DNA of 57,114 nucleotides, the filler included, from Squatina squatina (Eukaryota): NCBI GenBank assembly GCA_031763465.1. It is 4 parts of 3 records of this genome, joined end to end, with 100 filler letters (N's around TTAATTAATTAA, not from the genome) between each part and the next. Parts side by side here need not be neighbours in the genome. Positions count along the whole stretch, not along the records: positions 1 to 12,917 come from JARFOE010000100.1; positions 13,018 to 29,164 come from JARFOE010000057.1; 2 more parts are not named here. One strand, 5' to 3'. Numbering within the stretch: the stretch's first letter is position 1; each line of letters opens with the position of its first letter. Made by a program: the position numbers and the translations under genes. Of the stretch, positions 12,749-26,599 are shown piece by piece. Below the pieces are notes generated by a model. It was given only the letters and a program-made list of their open reading frames with translations, made no database searches and was not told the DNA's origin.

Positions 12749-12917
12749 GTATGGTGCTATATTTTCTAGGTTATTTTGAGCTACTCAGCCTATGTTCAGA
12801 AAGCTAAGATGTGTATTTACCACAATATGGCCACCAATGTTATCCAACTACCATGTGGCAAATTCAGAGTGACCTATGAATAGAGCTAAATTTGCCCATT
12901 CTGAAATATTAATTATG

Positions 12918-13017
12918 NNNNNNNNNNNNNNNNNNNNNNNNNNNNNNNNNNNNNNNNNNNNTTAATTAATTAANNNNNNNNNNNNNNNNNNNNNNNNNNN
13001 NNNNNNNNNNNNNNNNN
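12918..13017. other. Artificial scaffold spacer (six-frame stop linker)
   Basis: 44 N + TTAATTAATTAA + 44 N; palindromic, with TAA in all frames. Confidence 0.97.
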
Positions 13018-15065
13018 GAAAAGTAGCTAATGCAACAGTCAATCACTGCGATCAGCACATGTATCCACACAGGTCTCCAAATGGGATCCTTAGATCTCTT
13101 TTTTGAATCAATAGCATTCCCTCACTCTTCAGACTTCAAAAATTCATCTCCAATATGCTCAGGATCTGTGCCAGATCAATAACTAAGAAATGCAAGGGAT
13201 AATTTGTTTTGTATTATTTTGGGGAGATGCTTGACAGGACGAAGGCTGGTTGATGTGGTAATGAGATGGGGCTGACAATACTGTTTCACCCACTCATCCT
13301 TGACCTCATCCCTACCCACTCATCACCCAAATTGAATTTTATCCTCCTTAAATCAGTGGCTATCTGTTCTGAGGCTCAGCTACCTAAGAATGCAGTGCTT
13401 TGGTTTTTGGTGTTCGTTGGGTGATTTTTGTTCTCTTTTGAGTGTGGTATGGTTTGGAGTTTTGGGGGTGGTCAGCATTTATTCTCAGACATGATTGACT
13501 CCAGGGGCCTGCGTTCTGTCTGGAAATGGGGGATGCTGTGGGTCAGTTGCATCCGTGGTGGTGGGAGTTGTGTTTTACCTGAAAGCAAAGGGTGGTNNNN
13601 NNNNNNNNNNNNNNNNNNNNNNNNNNNNNNNNNNNNNNNNNNNNNNNNNNNNNNNNNNNNNNNNNNNNNNNNNNNNNNNNNNNNNNNNNNNNNNNNNNNN
13701 NNNNNNNNNNNNNNNNNNNNNNNNNNNNNNNNNNNNNNNNNNNNNNNNNNNNNNNNNNNNNNNNNNNNNNNNNNNNNNNNNNNNNNNNNNNNNNNNNNNN
13801 NNNNNNNNNNNNNNNNNNNNNNNNNNNNNNNNNNNNNNNNNNNNNNNNNNNNNNNNNNNNNNNNNNNNNNNNNNNNNNNNNNNNNNNNNNNNNNNNNNNN
13901 NNNNNNNNNNNNNNNNCATCCAATTTTTCCCCTTATCCTTTTATTGTAATACCTTCCTTGGATTTATAACTTTTCTCAGTAAAAAAATGTTACTACTGCA
14001 ATGTAGATGTCATATGCTGTACCTAATTACATATATTTAATTTTTAAAAACATGTAAAGAGCCACAGTCCATTGTACAGGACACTCCCAAAGTTAAAAAG
14101 AATAGGAAATCAGAAAGTATTGGTTGTTTTTGCTCTGCTTGGATTTTGAAAGCCTCTAGGTACTGAAAATATGTGAAGAGAGTCAAGAGGTAAGGAACTC
14201 CACTGTTTTGAAGTTCTGGGAGAAATTGAATTAGAGTAGGTCTTGATTTCAACACAGTGAGAATGCAGACAGGGGAAGAGTGTGCAGAACAATATATTGG
14301 CAGCTGAGGAGGAACAAGAAGAGTATTCAGAGGGGCAATAAAGAGATAAAATAAATGTATACCTAATGAGATAAAGCCTACATGTGCTTGTATTGCCCCT
14401 CATNNNNNNNNNNAATAAAACCTATAAATTTTTCCTAAATATCTGGTCCTGCTCACTGAGTGAGACTGCATTCCATAGCCACAGTATATAAATGTTACAA
14501 AGCACAAAGGCATGTTGGAGGTGTGCTATCATTTATATTTTATAACTCACACAGGTTTGAAAAGAGGATGTTGTGTGTTAGGTTGTTGAAAACGGAATAT
14601 TTGAGGAAGAGCAGGACCTACAAGGCAAAGCCAGACAAATGATGACTTTTTATTAGTGCTGCTTTGCGGGCTTATTNNNNNNNTCACTGGTTAGTAAACA
14701 TCACAGTAATAAGCTGCATGGAATCTAGCCTCAGGCAGAGTCAGACTACATGAGAGGCCACAGCAATGTTTATCACCAAAACCTGACAGGACCATGAAAT
14801 ACAGATTTGCTTTGAAGGCTCCAATATGTTTATGGGAGATCAAATAGAAAAGATGGGTTCCCCTCTGCTTTGGCGTTGATTCCGATTACCAACCCTTTTT
14901 AACCATGTGTGGTGCCAGTGTGAAGAGAATCTATTAACACTGTTAAATTGAATAGAAACAGATACTTCACTAATGAGATTATCATGGTTATAGGTAGAAG
15001 GTAAAGCAAGTACTGTACCAATCATGTACCATTTCCTGCATAGAATCAAACTAGTGTTTGAGTCT

Positions 15066-15130
15066 GAAACAAAAACAAAAATGCTGGAACAGTTAGCAGG
15101 TCAGCAGCATCTGTGCAGAGAACAGAGGAG
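15066..15130 (+). mobile_element. Short Penelope-like terminal fragment
   Basis: aaaaatgctggaacagttagcaggtcagcagcatctgtgcagag parallels 45618-45670. Confidence 0.5.
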
Positions 15131-16560
15131 TTGCCATTTTGTTAGTGGATCTTTTGCCAATCCATTCCCTCTATGACACCCTGGTTCANNNNNNNNNNNN
15201 NNNNNNNNNNNNNNNNNNNNNNNNNNNNNNNNNNNNNNNNNNNNNNNNNNNNNNNNNNNNNNNNNNNNNNNNNNNNNNNNNNNNNNNNCTGCAAAAATAA
15301 TATAATGCAGTAATAATATAATAATGTATCCTTATGAATATTGATCCACAAGCTAAATCTGCCACTAGACTAGGCGTTTCATCTTGCAGACACAGAACCT
15401 GAAGACGGTGAACGATCACCATGTCATCTGGGGTTCTGCTGAATTTTGAGCTTCGCTGTCTAATCACATCCCCAAAAATTGCTGCCAAAGTGTAGTTTAC
15501 ATCAGATACCAATAGATAAAAAGTAGCCATCCTCGGTGCCATCATCTACTCCAATGAATATTAAAGCTAATACATTAAAAATATTGAAATTGTATATGAG
15601 AATGCTCACTCGGCTTCGCTGCATGCGCAGCACAGGTTAAAAAAGGTTAATAATGGAATCAATGTTTTCGCTGCTTTTTAATTATTTTCCATCACAAGAA
15701 TGGATGGCAGTGCAGCTGTGAGTAGGAGTAAGAACCGTCCGATCAGCCCGTGCTCAAATCAGATTAATCGCTAGTTTAAACATTTGCCGTTTTACAGATT
15801 TCTGTTCAAAACGTTTGAGGTGACGGGGGAGGAACGGTGCGATCTTTATCATGTTTTAATTCAGAGCCCCGTGGCCAGAATAGAAGGGTGTCAATAAGGG
15901 ATTGTTTTCCACCATTTGTGTGCTTCTCTAAAAGGAAAACTGAAGCCGAACCGTGATTCGGTCGCAATCTTTACTTTGGCTGTGGTGAAGCATCGATTTA
16001 TATTGAAATGTAATTGTAGCTCCAGAAACCTGTACTTGTGCAGTTAAATGAGCGCTTCTTCAGCTGCTGAGAGCTGCGGCACCGTCTCTCCCGGCCGGTC
16101 AGGACTGTAATGACAAGAGTCCCGTAGCCTGCGGCTGGGAGGAGGTCATCTTCAAGCAGCCGAATATTTATCTTTCTAAATGGTGGATTTATTTAAGAAA
16201 TGAGTATGCCAGAGGACCCGAAACTCGGCCATTAAATTTTTATGCTAAATCAACAAAATCTCAGACCGCATGAAAGTCAACAACTTTGGCTCCACCGCCG
16301 GAGATTGATGAGTAAATAAGATATTGAAATGACTGTGGATTTGGTTCCAAAACAGAATGTCAGTAATGTTACTCGATTTGCTATAAGGGACAGATTTTCT
16401 TTTGTGCTTCTGTTCATTTCTGCTGCCATGGCATTTGAGACTGATGAAGCTTGGCTAATGTTGATGGCAAATTAGGCAACCTCTGTTCTTACAATCTAAA
16501 TCTGATACCGTCTAATGGAAATTGCCATCTAACAATGAGAGAAGTTGCATATATAAATAT

Positions 16561-16672
16561 AAGAACATAAGAATAAGAACATAAGAAATAGGAGCAGGAG
16601 TAGGCCATTCGGCCCCTTGAGCCTGCTCCGTCATTCAATGAGATCATGGCTGATCTTCGACCTTAACTCCCT
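16561..16672 (-). mobile_element. CR1 LINE 3' terminus
   Basis: (aagaacat)n microsatellite tail followed by aggagcaggagtaggccattcggccccttgagcctgctccg...gatcatggctgatc. The same motif occurs at 50468. Confidence 0.75.
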
Positions 16673-16909
16673 GGATCACCTTGTCATGTCCTCACACGNN
16701 NNNNNNNNNNNNNNNNNNNNNNNNNNNNNNNNNNNNNNNNNNNNNNNNNNNNNNNNNNNNNNNNNNNNNNNNNNNNNNNNNNNNNNNNNNNNNNNNNNNN
16801 NNNNNNNNNNNNNNNNNNNNNNNNNNNNNNNNNNNNNNNNNNNNNNNNNNNNNNNNNNNNNNNNNNNNNNNNNNNNNNNNNNNNNNNNNNNNNNNTGAAT
16901 CGAAGACCT

Positions 16910-17180
16910 TTAGAAATGAGCTGTCCGGGGCCAGGATCGGAGGGCCTATTATCCTCTTTCAGCAATGAGCTATCCAATAAACTGTTAATGGACTACAACC
17001 TTCCCTTGGCGAGCTGTTCAAGACACTGGATTGGGGGACTGTGACCCTTCCTTAACAGTGCGCTGACCAGGGGTCTGCACCTGAAACTCTGATCTGCCTT
17101 TAGCAATGAGTTCTCCAAAGCGCTGAATGGCTCGACTCTGACCTGCTCTTATCAATGACTGATTACCTGGGGCACTGAAA
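16910..17180. repeat. Degenerate tandem repeat, period about 45-49 nt, about 6 copies
   Basis: Recurring tttagaaatgagctgtcc / ttcagcaatgagctatcc / ttggcgagctgttc / ttaacagtgcgctgacc / tttagcaatgagttctcc / ttatcaatgactg. Confidence 0.55.
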
Positions 17181-18591
17181 TATTGCCACGTTCTATGTTA
17201 ATGACTGAACTCAACNNNNNNNNNNACTGTTGTGACATCTATACCCTCCAAGATAAATATGCTATTGACCATATAAGTAATTTCAATTCGAATTTACTTC
17301 ATTTAGTACTCGAATGTATAGTCTATTTATGTAAGGTAGTTTTCATTTAAAACAATTGTTTGTGCTACGTTATAATAAATGAAAAATACATTTTTTTTGT
17401 CTAGAATTCACCAATGGCCAGAAGTCTCCTTGATAGTGTAACACGGACTAGATTCCAGATTCTAGCCTGAGTAACTCTCTGTGCATTATCATCCCAAGTA
17501 ACTATATTTGGAGTAAGTAATGATTCGTTGGAAAGTACCGTTGCTGGTCATTAGTTAAAACCCATATCTGGAAAAACAGACGGTTATTAACAAATGAACC
17601 AGCTCTGCGTCTCACTACAAATTATGGTGCAAAACTGAAAAATGAACATGTAAGCTTTATATGTATATATTATAAAAAACTATTTTTTTTGCAAATGACC
17701 TATTGCTTTTTGATTGCCTGCCAGAACAACAAGGCGTTCAGTCATGTGTATATTTCATGAATTATTTCATCTATGGTCCTGTAAGATCTGTGCTTATATT
17801 GGAACAAATGAGCGATTAAAATCAAACCCGATCACAGGCTAAAGATGAAAACCCGTCGAATGTATAATAATAGAGGTTTTTTGGCAATTACAGTGTTATA
17901 GGAATCGTCGGTCGAAGGCTCCCAGATTAAAAATAAATACAAGAATAAAAAATACATTCGATGAACGGGATGGGGTCTGTATTCCGTTGTATAAATAGAG
18001 TTAAATTGTGCAACTGTGTCGGTAATGGTTGGCTCTGGAAAGTTGCGCATAACGGGAATGGTTGCAAGAATACTTATTACACCAGGAATAAATTGCGACT
18101 TAACTTGACTTAACTTCGGACCTGGTCAGAAAGTTGCTAATTTTCAAATCGCTCTTATTTATATAATTTAGAGGAAATGTGAATGTGTTTGAGTTGGGAC
18201 TGGAGAATTAACCGAGGTAGAAAATTAACAAAGTGATTTAATAAATAGTTCTCTTGCAGTTCCCGTTTTCCATTGCACGACATCATTTGTGGCGATATAA
18301 CCTGAAAACTTCGAATATAATAAATTTGTGCATTATATCCCAAATAACGAAACAGAGCAAAGTTGTATTTCTGCAACTGAATATCTATGTTACAGATGTA
18401 CGAGTAACAAAAGGCTGGAAGAGATTCATTATTACAGGCAGTGTCACTAAAATAGAACAGGAAATAAACGGCCCAATGTTTCCCTCTCACGNNNNNNNNN
18501 NNNNNNNNNNNNNNNNNNNNNNNNNNNNNNNNNNNNNNNNNNNNNNNNNNNNNNNNNNNNNNNNNNNNNNNNNNNNNNNNNNNNNNNNNNN

Positions 18592-18975
18592 CCTGGTTTT
18601 CAAATCCCTCCCTGGTCTCGCCCCTCCTTATCTCTGTAATATCCTCCAGTCCCACAACACCCCCGAGATGTCTTAGCTTCTCTAACTCTGCCCTCTTGAG
18701 CATCCCTGATTGTAAGTGCTCAACCATTGGTGGCCGTGCCTTCTGTTGCCAAGGGCCAAAGCTCTGGAATTCCCTGCCAAAACCTCTCCACCTCACTTTC
18801 CTCCTTCAAGATGTTCCTTAAAACCTACCTCTTTGACCAAGCTTTAGGTCACCTGCCCTAATTTCTTATGTGGCTCATTGTAAAGATTTTTACCTTAAAT
18901 ACTGCTGTGAAGCACCTTGGAGACGTTTCACTACGTTAAAAGGTGCTATATAAATAAAAGTTGTTGTTGTTGTTG
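18592..18975 (+). mobile_element. L2 LINE 3' end
   Basis: LVFKSLPGLAPPYLCNILQ and GRAF..GPKLWNSLP-type ORF2 C-terminus, ccttaaaacctacctctttgaccaagc, and terminal gctatataaataaaag(ttg)n. Confidence 0.8.
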
Positions 18976-21814
18976 AGATCGATCGAGAGAGAGAAAAAAG
19001 GGATTGAGGAATATGATGAGAAGGTGGGGCAGATTTATGAAAAGGAATGATCTGGTTGGGTTTTTAATGCCCCTTTTCCTGTTCCTAATAATTAAGTGCA
19101 TTTATGCCCTCTAAAATTAAAGCCACCTGCTTCACATCTCTCACCGTATTATGGAACTTTTCCTGCAGAAAATAAACGTCTAGTGTCAGAAAAAAGCTCA
19201 GTGTTTGTCCGAGGGACCTAACCTGAAGGTCACTCACAAACCTAAACAAAGCAGAACCACTCGAAACCAGAGCTGGGCAAACTGGATCACCAAAGGAAGT
19301 CTGCTCCTCTCATCTACAAACTCATCCCATATTCTCATCCCATATTCAGACACTATTTCAGTTCCCAGGAAATTATATTCTTCTGCTTATAATTGTAGGT
19401 CTTGTAGTCAAAAACTGGCACAGACGCTTTGTAATTTGTAAAGCTCCGAAGATTAGGTACAGTATGTAAAAACGGATCTGCATTCAACTAACGCAGAGCA
19501 CGGACTGTGGGGGGTGTGGGGTGGGGGGTCAGCTGACAGAGATTAAGTTCCACCGCCTCCACCGTGAATAGTCTCCTGCGCACAGATAATTTATTGTGTT
19601 TCATTTTGTTACCAATTAAACTATTATCTCTGAATAATGCGCTAATTACATTGTTCTAGTCACATGAGATACTAAGTGCATAATTATATTATTCCTCTGC
19701 TAATTATTTCACGATATAAAAAGGTTGAAGCAGCGAATAGTATTTAGTATAAAACCTAGAGAGCGCGACAGCACCGTGCCATGTGTGGAATAGGAATTAA
19801 ACACTGGCTGTTCCTACCTTGTCCAAGCAACAGAATCGGTTTGAGAAAGCGGCTGTTTAAAATAACTGGAAGTACGGAGATTGCAAGTCTGCACTCCGAC
19901 TGTCTGCACGGGGCTGTGCTTGAAAATACAGCCTTAACTTATATTAAGGCGGCTGATTAATATTGCNNNNNNNNNNNNNNNNNNNNNNNNNNNNNNNNNN
20001 NNNNNNNNNNNNNNNNNNNNNNNNNNNNNNNNNNNNNNNNNNNNNNNNNNNNNNNNNNNNNNNNNNNNNNNNNNNNNNNNNNNNNNNNNNNNNNNNNNNN
20101 NNNNNNNNNNNNNNNNNNNNNNNNNNNNNNNNNNNNNNNNNNNNNNNNNNNNNNNNNNNNNNNNNNNNNNNNNNNNNNNNNNNNNNNNNNNNNNNNNNNN
20201 NNNNNNNNNNNNNNNNNNNNNNNNNNNNNNNNNNNNNNNNNNNNNNNNNNNNNNNNNNNNNNNNNNNNNNNNNNNNNNNNNNNNNNNNNNNNNNNNNNNN
20301 NNNNNNNNNNNNNNNNNNNNNNNNNNNNNNNNNNNNAAAAGGAGTCAGCAGAAACGAACAGGCAAATGGAGGGTTTTAGCTTATGTCTTTAACTGAAGAT
20401 GATCTCTTTAAAACGCCTTCCATGCAAACTAATACAAGTGACCATGCAAATCTACATCGTATGATGAGACAGTCACACTGGCAAAGTTAGTGTGTTTTGA
20501 GGCTCTGTATTTTTATTGTGAGCAACACAATAACCGGGTTTAGCACAATTTAAAGCAGGAACTAGTTCCGAGATATAAATTTCACGCACACGCAGCTATT
20601 GTATCTAAACATACAAAATCGGGCCAAGGTGTGTTGTGAAATGATTAGAGGCTGAAGTGGGTCACCAGATTCTCCAACACTTTGTATTTCGGTGTAGATT
20701 AACTATATATGAATGCTCAGTCAGGCAGATATACGGGAATGATAAAAACGTGTTCCTTCAGAAAGACAACTTATGCGGAAAGCGTGTGAACNNNNNNNNN
20801 NATTTGATGCGATTTTATACAACTGTGCCCCCATGTATAATTTAAAGGCAGACAAAAGCATTAGTTGTGTCTTTCTTGCCATCAGATTTGCAAACATGTC
20901 CCTGGCTCGGCGGTCACGGCGGTCCTCCCAGCACTGGGGAGCTGCACACACATTAGCGTGAAGTGCAATGAATGAGAAGGGAACAATGCTGAATTTGTAT
21001 TCCCGCAGAGATTCCCTCTTTCAATCTCCTTCATGAATAGCAAAAATAATCATAATTATATAAAGTCTAATTAGCCGCCTGTCAGCTTCCGCAATGCAAT
21101 CTATTAATTTCCAACATTTTACTCCCATTAATGATTTACAAAAATGGGCAGGGGTAAAATAATTCAGAATATTGTTGCGTTACAGATCAGCGGCGTGCTC
21201 CAGCTCCTTCGGTACCTTGTTAGTAATTCAAGATGGAGAAGCAGCAGGCAGAGAGATTAAGATGATAATAGGAATTATCCCTGCAGTCAGTCTCGGCGGC
21301 CCCACAGACCGTCCTAACTTCGGAGGTGCACACTTTCAAAGAGTTTAAATCCTCGCACCGTGCCGACTCTGTTTATTATGTCGCATAGAGTAGCATAAAT
21401 GGAGAGGAAAAAACAAGGAAGAGGGTCAGAAGAAAAAGAAATAAAAGACCGATTTGTAGATTTATCTGGAATAGCCAAAGATGTGATCTACATTCCTTTA
21501 AAAATGATTTTACTCCTGGTTAACATTTGAATATATTTAAGAAATATTCCACAAGACATGAATTGTGTTTTTCGCCTAATGTGCAGTAAACACAGTCCAT
21601 AGAAATAGAACTTCTATTTAAAGCGCCTCTTTCTTCAGTCTTATCATAGAGTTTATAGCAAAAACCATGAACTGAAATGCACCCCTTGCATTATGTGCCA
21701 CTGCCAATATCTGCCTTCTGCCTCTGTGCACTCCTCAGCAAAGATCAACTGTAATGTCATAGAAAAACAACCATTCTTAGTATCACACAGTTATGACGCT
21801 CTACCTTCCCCGAA

Positions 21815-22307
21815 GGGCTGATAGTGACCCCCACCTGCCTGGCGTGATGGTACAGGTGGGGCAATAAGATGGCGGTGGAATTTGAGCAGTGCTCCCTCCA
21901 CACAACCCCACCCCACCCCACCTCCCCCTCCCCAATTTTACCTTGTCTGAATTCAGGCCTGGGAAGGCCACCTGCCGCAGAGGAGCGGGGGCCTAATTGA
22001 AATGGAGGTGTCGCGTCCCGACGGCATCATTATGACACGCACGCAATTTTAACCATGGACCCAGTTTTGACCCCCACAGTGTTCCGACCTGCCAGAATCC
22101 TGGCTGCAGGAATAGCTTGGGCCTCTCTTGCTCCTGGAGTTTCCATCCTCCCTCGATCGCCAACTTACCGGCCTCCTTCCCCCAATCCATGCTCATCTTG
22201 CCAGGACCCTGGCAGCGGTCTCACCATCCTCCCCCCGCCAATTTTGACTCCCACCCGCTGGTAGTAAGGCTGTTCCTAGCTGGTTCGGGTGGGAGTCAGT
22301 GTTGGGG
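21815..22307. mobile_element. GC-rich MITE-like element
   Basis: GC-rich island with ggcctaattgaaatggagg...catcattatgac core, similar to ggcccaattaaatggagc...catcattgatgac at 52985-53027. Confidence 0.45.
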
Positions 22308-25300
22308 NNNNNNNNNNNNNNNNNNNNNNNNNNNNNNNNNNNNNNNNNNNNNNNNNNNNNNNNNNNNNNNNNNNNNNNNNNNNNNNNNNNNNNNNNNNNN
22401 NNNAAAGTAGCGCTTTAACTAAAGCTTTGGGTTCATCTGCAGTTACTTGATACCTTGATCCACGAGGGGTTATTCTCTTTCAGCTTACCAAAAATCAATA
22501 GTATCATAACAGCCAGAATTCATTATTCATTCATGATAGGCTTTACAAGATGAAACCAACTAGCCAACAAGTGTTAGTTGATAAATTGAGTATAGCCCGA
22601 TTAACAGTCCGGAAAGATGACACACTGCAGACACTAACAAAAAATCCATAGCCTTACAGGCACCTTTAGCCCCAAGATATAAAACATAATAAAAGTTATA
22701 TAAAGTGTCAATAGTGACTCCCTCCTGATTCTCAAGCAGTCTAAAGCTTTGTCTTTTCCTTTCTTAAACACTTAAAATACACAACAGCAGGAATCGCACT
22801 TTAAGATAAATAAATGTATTTCAGAAACTTTGAGATCTTGTTTGAGTCGCGATAAAGCGCCATATAAACGCAATTCTTTCATATTCTAAAAGTTGTACCA
22901 AGTGGATGATTTGGGTGAAGTTCGTTGTCATTTAATTCAATCTTTTTTTCTTTAATTTTCTTTTTTGTAACAATCATCATATGTTGGCTTTTAGCGAAGG
23001 ATGTCGATACATTTTTAAATACATATCGATACAGACAGTGCCAGTTTAATTAGAAGATTAGTTTTAGTCTGATGCCTGTCTGCTCCCTGCCCCTGACGGC
23101 CTGGAGTGACTGTCTGTCACTCTTGAACCCGGAAATCCCCATTCCTCTAGTCCCATTCGTTTTTGTTTTTCATTGTGTTGATAGTTTTATAATTCAGAGG
23201 TTGACAGTTATTTTTAAAGGAATATTATTTTCAAACTTGTGGCTGTTTAGAGAAGTAACAAAACTTCATTTTTAAAAAAGAATCTTAAACCGGCAAGGAT
23301 GGAATGACTTGTTACTCCGTTTTCTATCAGTTATTTGCGAAATATTTGCCTTCATCCATTCAGATCCGCCAAGTTCCTCGCAGGCCCGTACAGTAGACGC
23401 CAAAGTGAGCGGGGAACTGGGTCACTTCATATTCATGATAAAATTAATTCGAAATCGATTGACCCAGATCACAGCTTAATGTTAAAGGCAGCGACACTGT
23501 TGAAGAGCAATACACGTTTTAGGCAGATAATTCCAGTATGTTTGCAGATTCATTTCCTTAATAGATCAACAGTTATTTTGTCAATTCTCACAGAGTCTTA
23601 ATAGCGATCGATAAACCGCAGCTTCTATTTCAAAAATTTCCCAAACTGGTACAGGAAGCAAATAACATTCTCATTACTCGGGAAGAAGGTCCCTATGTGT
23701 AGCCGGACGATAATTGCATTCCTGGAGATTTCCAATGGTCGGTATTTCTAGCGCGACGGTAAATCTGTGCAAAGGAGGCATTTAGGATGTCGCTACACAT
23801 GGAGAGCAGTCCTCCATCCCACCCCGCCCCAACTAGTTTAAAAGCTGAGACATTTATGGGATGGACTTTAGTTTCATTCTCAGTTGGTATAAATCTGACT
23901 AATAACCCAGGAGTGTCCCGGTTTTAAATCCCTTATGCTGGCTCAGGTTCGTATATTTAACAGAAAGCCGAGATCGGGCGAATTGGTGTGTTTCTTCCTG
24001 TAAACCTAAGCTTGCTGTCAGAGTCCGCCTGTCTTTTTGTCAACGATACAGCAACCGAATCGAGTCAGAGTTTAAAGCAGAAATATTTCCTGAGACACTG
24101 ACTAGCTGAATGCGAGCTTTCTTTACTAGTGTATTCGAAAGAGTTTCTGCTGGCGGGATAACACTGCAATCCACCCCGCCTAAAGGAACTCAATGAGCGA
24201 ACTCCAATCTAATACATCTTAAGAAGTTACATCCACATTAAAAAGTTTCAAATGAAAACTTTGCCCTAAATTGATTAATGCTTTCTAAAATTATTTAATT
24301 CTGTAAAAGTAGAACATTAGTGTGGGCACCAGGTACCAGTGTTTTAATAGAACTTAAAATAATGTAATTTTAATTTAATTGCAGTTTGTATTCTAATTAC
24401 ACATGTGTTTGCATTGAGTTCATTTTGTAAACATATTTTACACAGGTACAGTTCAAGACGCCATTCTTTCGTTTTGCAGCGTGCGTGGTTTTATTGAAAA
24501 CTTTGCAGAGTCACATCTGATTAAAAATCACACATACAATCAGTAAAGTNNNNNNNNNNNNNNNNNNNNNNNNNNNNNNNNNNNNNNNNNNNNNNNNNNN
24601 NNNNNNNNNNNNNNNNNNNNNNNNNNNNNNNNNNNNNNNNNNNNNNNNNNNNNNNNNNNNNNNNNNNNNNNNNNNNNNNNNNNNNNNNNNNNNNNNNNNN
24701 NNNNNNNNNNNNNNNNNNNNNNNNNNNNNNNNNNNNNNNNNNNNNNNNNNNNNNNNNNNNNNNNNNNNNNNNNNNNNNNNNNNNNNNNNNNNNNNNNNNN
24801 NNNNNNNNNNNNNNNNNNNNNNNNNNNNNNNNNNNNNNNNNNNNNNNNNNNNNNNNNNNNNNNNNNNNNNNNNNNNNNNNNNNNNNNNNNNNNNNNNNNN
24901 NNNNNNNNNNNNNNNNNNNNNNNNNNNNNNNNNNNNNNNNNNNNNNNNNNNNNNNNNNNNNNNNNNNNNNNNNNNNNNNNNNNNNNNNNNNNNNNNNNNN
25001 NNNNNNNNNNNNNNNNNNNNNNNNNNNNNNNNNNNNNNNNNNNNNNNNNNNNNNNNNNNNNNNNNNAGGGAATAGTACTTGGTCAAGGAGCTTTTTAAAT
25101 ACGCTTCATCACTATTCTTATATAATCGGAATGTTTTTTACTACAGTTTAGGATAAAACTCCTTGAATTATGTATTATTAATTTTTATTTTTTGTTATTA
25201 ATATCGTGATAGCGACATTCACTAAACTGAAATGATGTATAAATCATGCAGAGACAGACCTGTGGACTATACAAGAGGTACAATAGAATTAATATGACCC

Positions 25301-26599
25301 GTTCTTACATAATTAATTGTTTATGTGTCTTTTTTTCTAAATGAAATTGACATGGGTATATGCCACCACCTGCCCCAGTACCGTGCCACATCAGATGTAG
25401 TTAGACAGCCCCGGATCAATGAACTGGACCAGTTCGCGAATAGAGGTTAAACGCAGAGTTCATTCACAGACTATGTACAGCCTATTACAGTAGAAAAGCA
25501 AACTGGATATTTTTCACAAGAATGTGATTAAACATTATTCAAGTCTCGTTGAGATTATTTTGTTACAATATGATTGCCAGATAAGTCATCGAAGTCTCAT
25601 CTAAACCAAGACATAAAGCTTGCTTCTCTCAAACCCGTACAAAATATACACAATTAAAACTCATTCTTCAGACATATCCTTCCGGCGTGACGTCCCTTCC
25701 ATTGCTTCGTTTTGTCGGGCAAAACTTAACCAAGGAAACAAAAGTTATTAAATCCTGGTCCACCTCGTCTCAATAGGATAGAGCAGTGCACAAAGCATCT
25801 TNNNNNNNNNNNNNNNNNNNNNNNNNNNNNNNNNNNNNNNNNNNNNNNNNNNNNNNNNNNNNNNNNNNNNNNNNNNNNNNNNNNNNNNNNNNNNNNNNNN
25901 NNNNNNNNNNNNNNNNNNNNNNNNNNNNNNNNNNNNNNNNNNNNNNNNNNNNNNNNNNNNNNNNNNNNNNNNNNNNNNNNNNNNNNNNNNNNNNNNNNNN
26001 NNNNNNNNNNNNNNNNNNNNNNNNNNNNNNNNNNNNNNNNNNNNNNNNNNNNNNNNNNNNNNNNNNNNNNNNNNNNNNNNNNNNNNNNNNNNNNNNNNNN
26101 NNNNNNNNNNNNNNNNNNNNNNNNNNNNNNNNNNNNNNNNNNNNNNNNNNNNNNNNNNNNNNNNNNNNNNNNNNNNNNNNNNNNNNNNNNNNNNNNNNNN
26201 NNNNNNNNNNNNNNNNNNNNNNNNNNNNNNNNNNNNNNNNNNNNNNNNNNNNNNNNNNNNNNNNNNNNNNNNNNNNNNNNNNNNNNNNNNNNNNNNNNNN
26301 NNNNNNNNNNNNNNNNNNNNNNNNNNNNNNNNNNNNNNNNNNNNNNNNNNNNNNNNNNNNNNNNNNNNNNNNNNNNNNNNNNNNNNNNNNNNNNNNNNNN
26401 NNNNNNNNNNNNNNNNNNNNNNNNNNNNNNNNNNNNNNNNNNNNNNNNNNNNNNNNNNNNNNNNNNNNNNNNNNNNNNNNNNNNNNNNNNNNNNNNNNNN
26501 NNNNNNNNNNNNNNNNNNNNNNNNNNNNNNNNNNNNNNNNNNNNNNNNNNNNNNNNNNNNNNNNNNNNNNNNNNNNNNNNNNNNNNNNNNNNNNNNNNN

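Noticed and set aside
12962-12973. TTAATTAATTAA as a recurring homeodomain/POU binding site
   Set aside because: It is always centred in 44+44 N, so it is an assembly linker.
25748-25801. KMLCALLYPIETRWTRI* or DALCTALSY* as the POU4 C-terminus
   Set aside because: Neither resembles the conserved RQKQKRMK(Y/F)SA end. The stop is probably inside the gap and this is 3' UTR.
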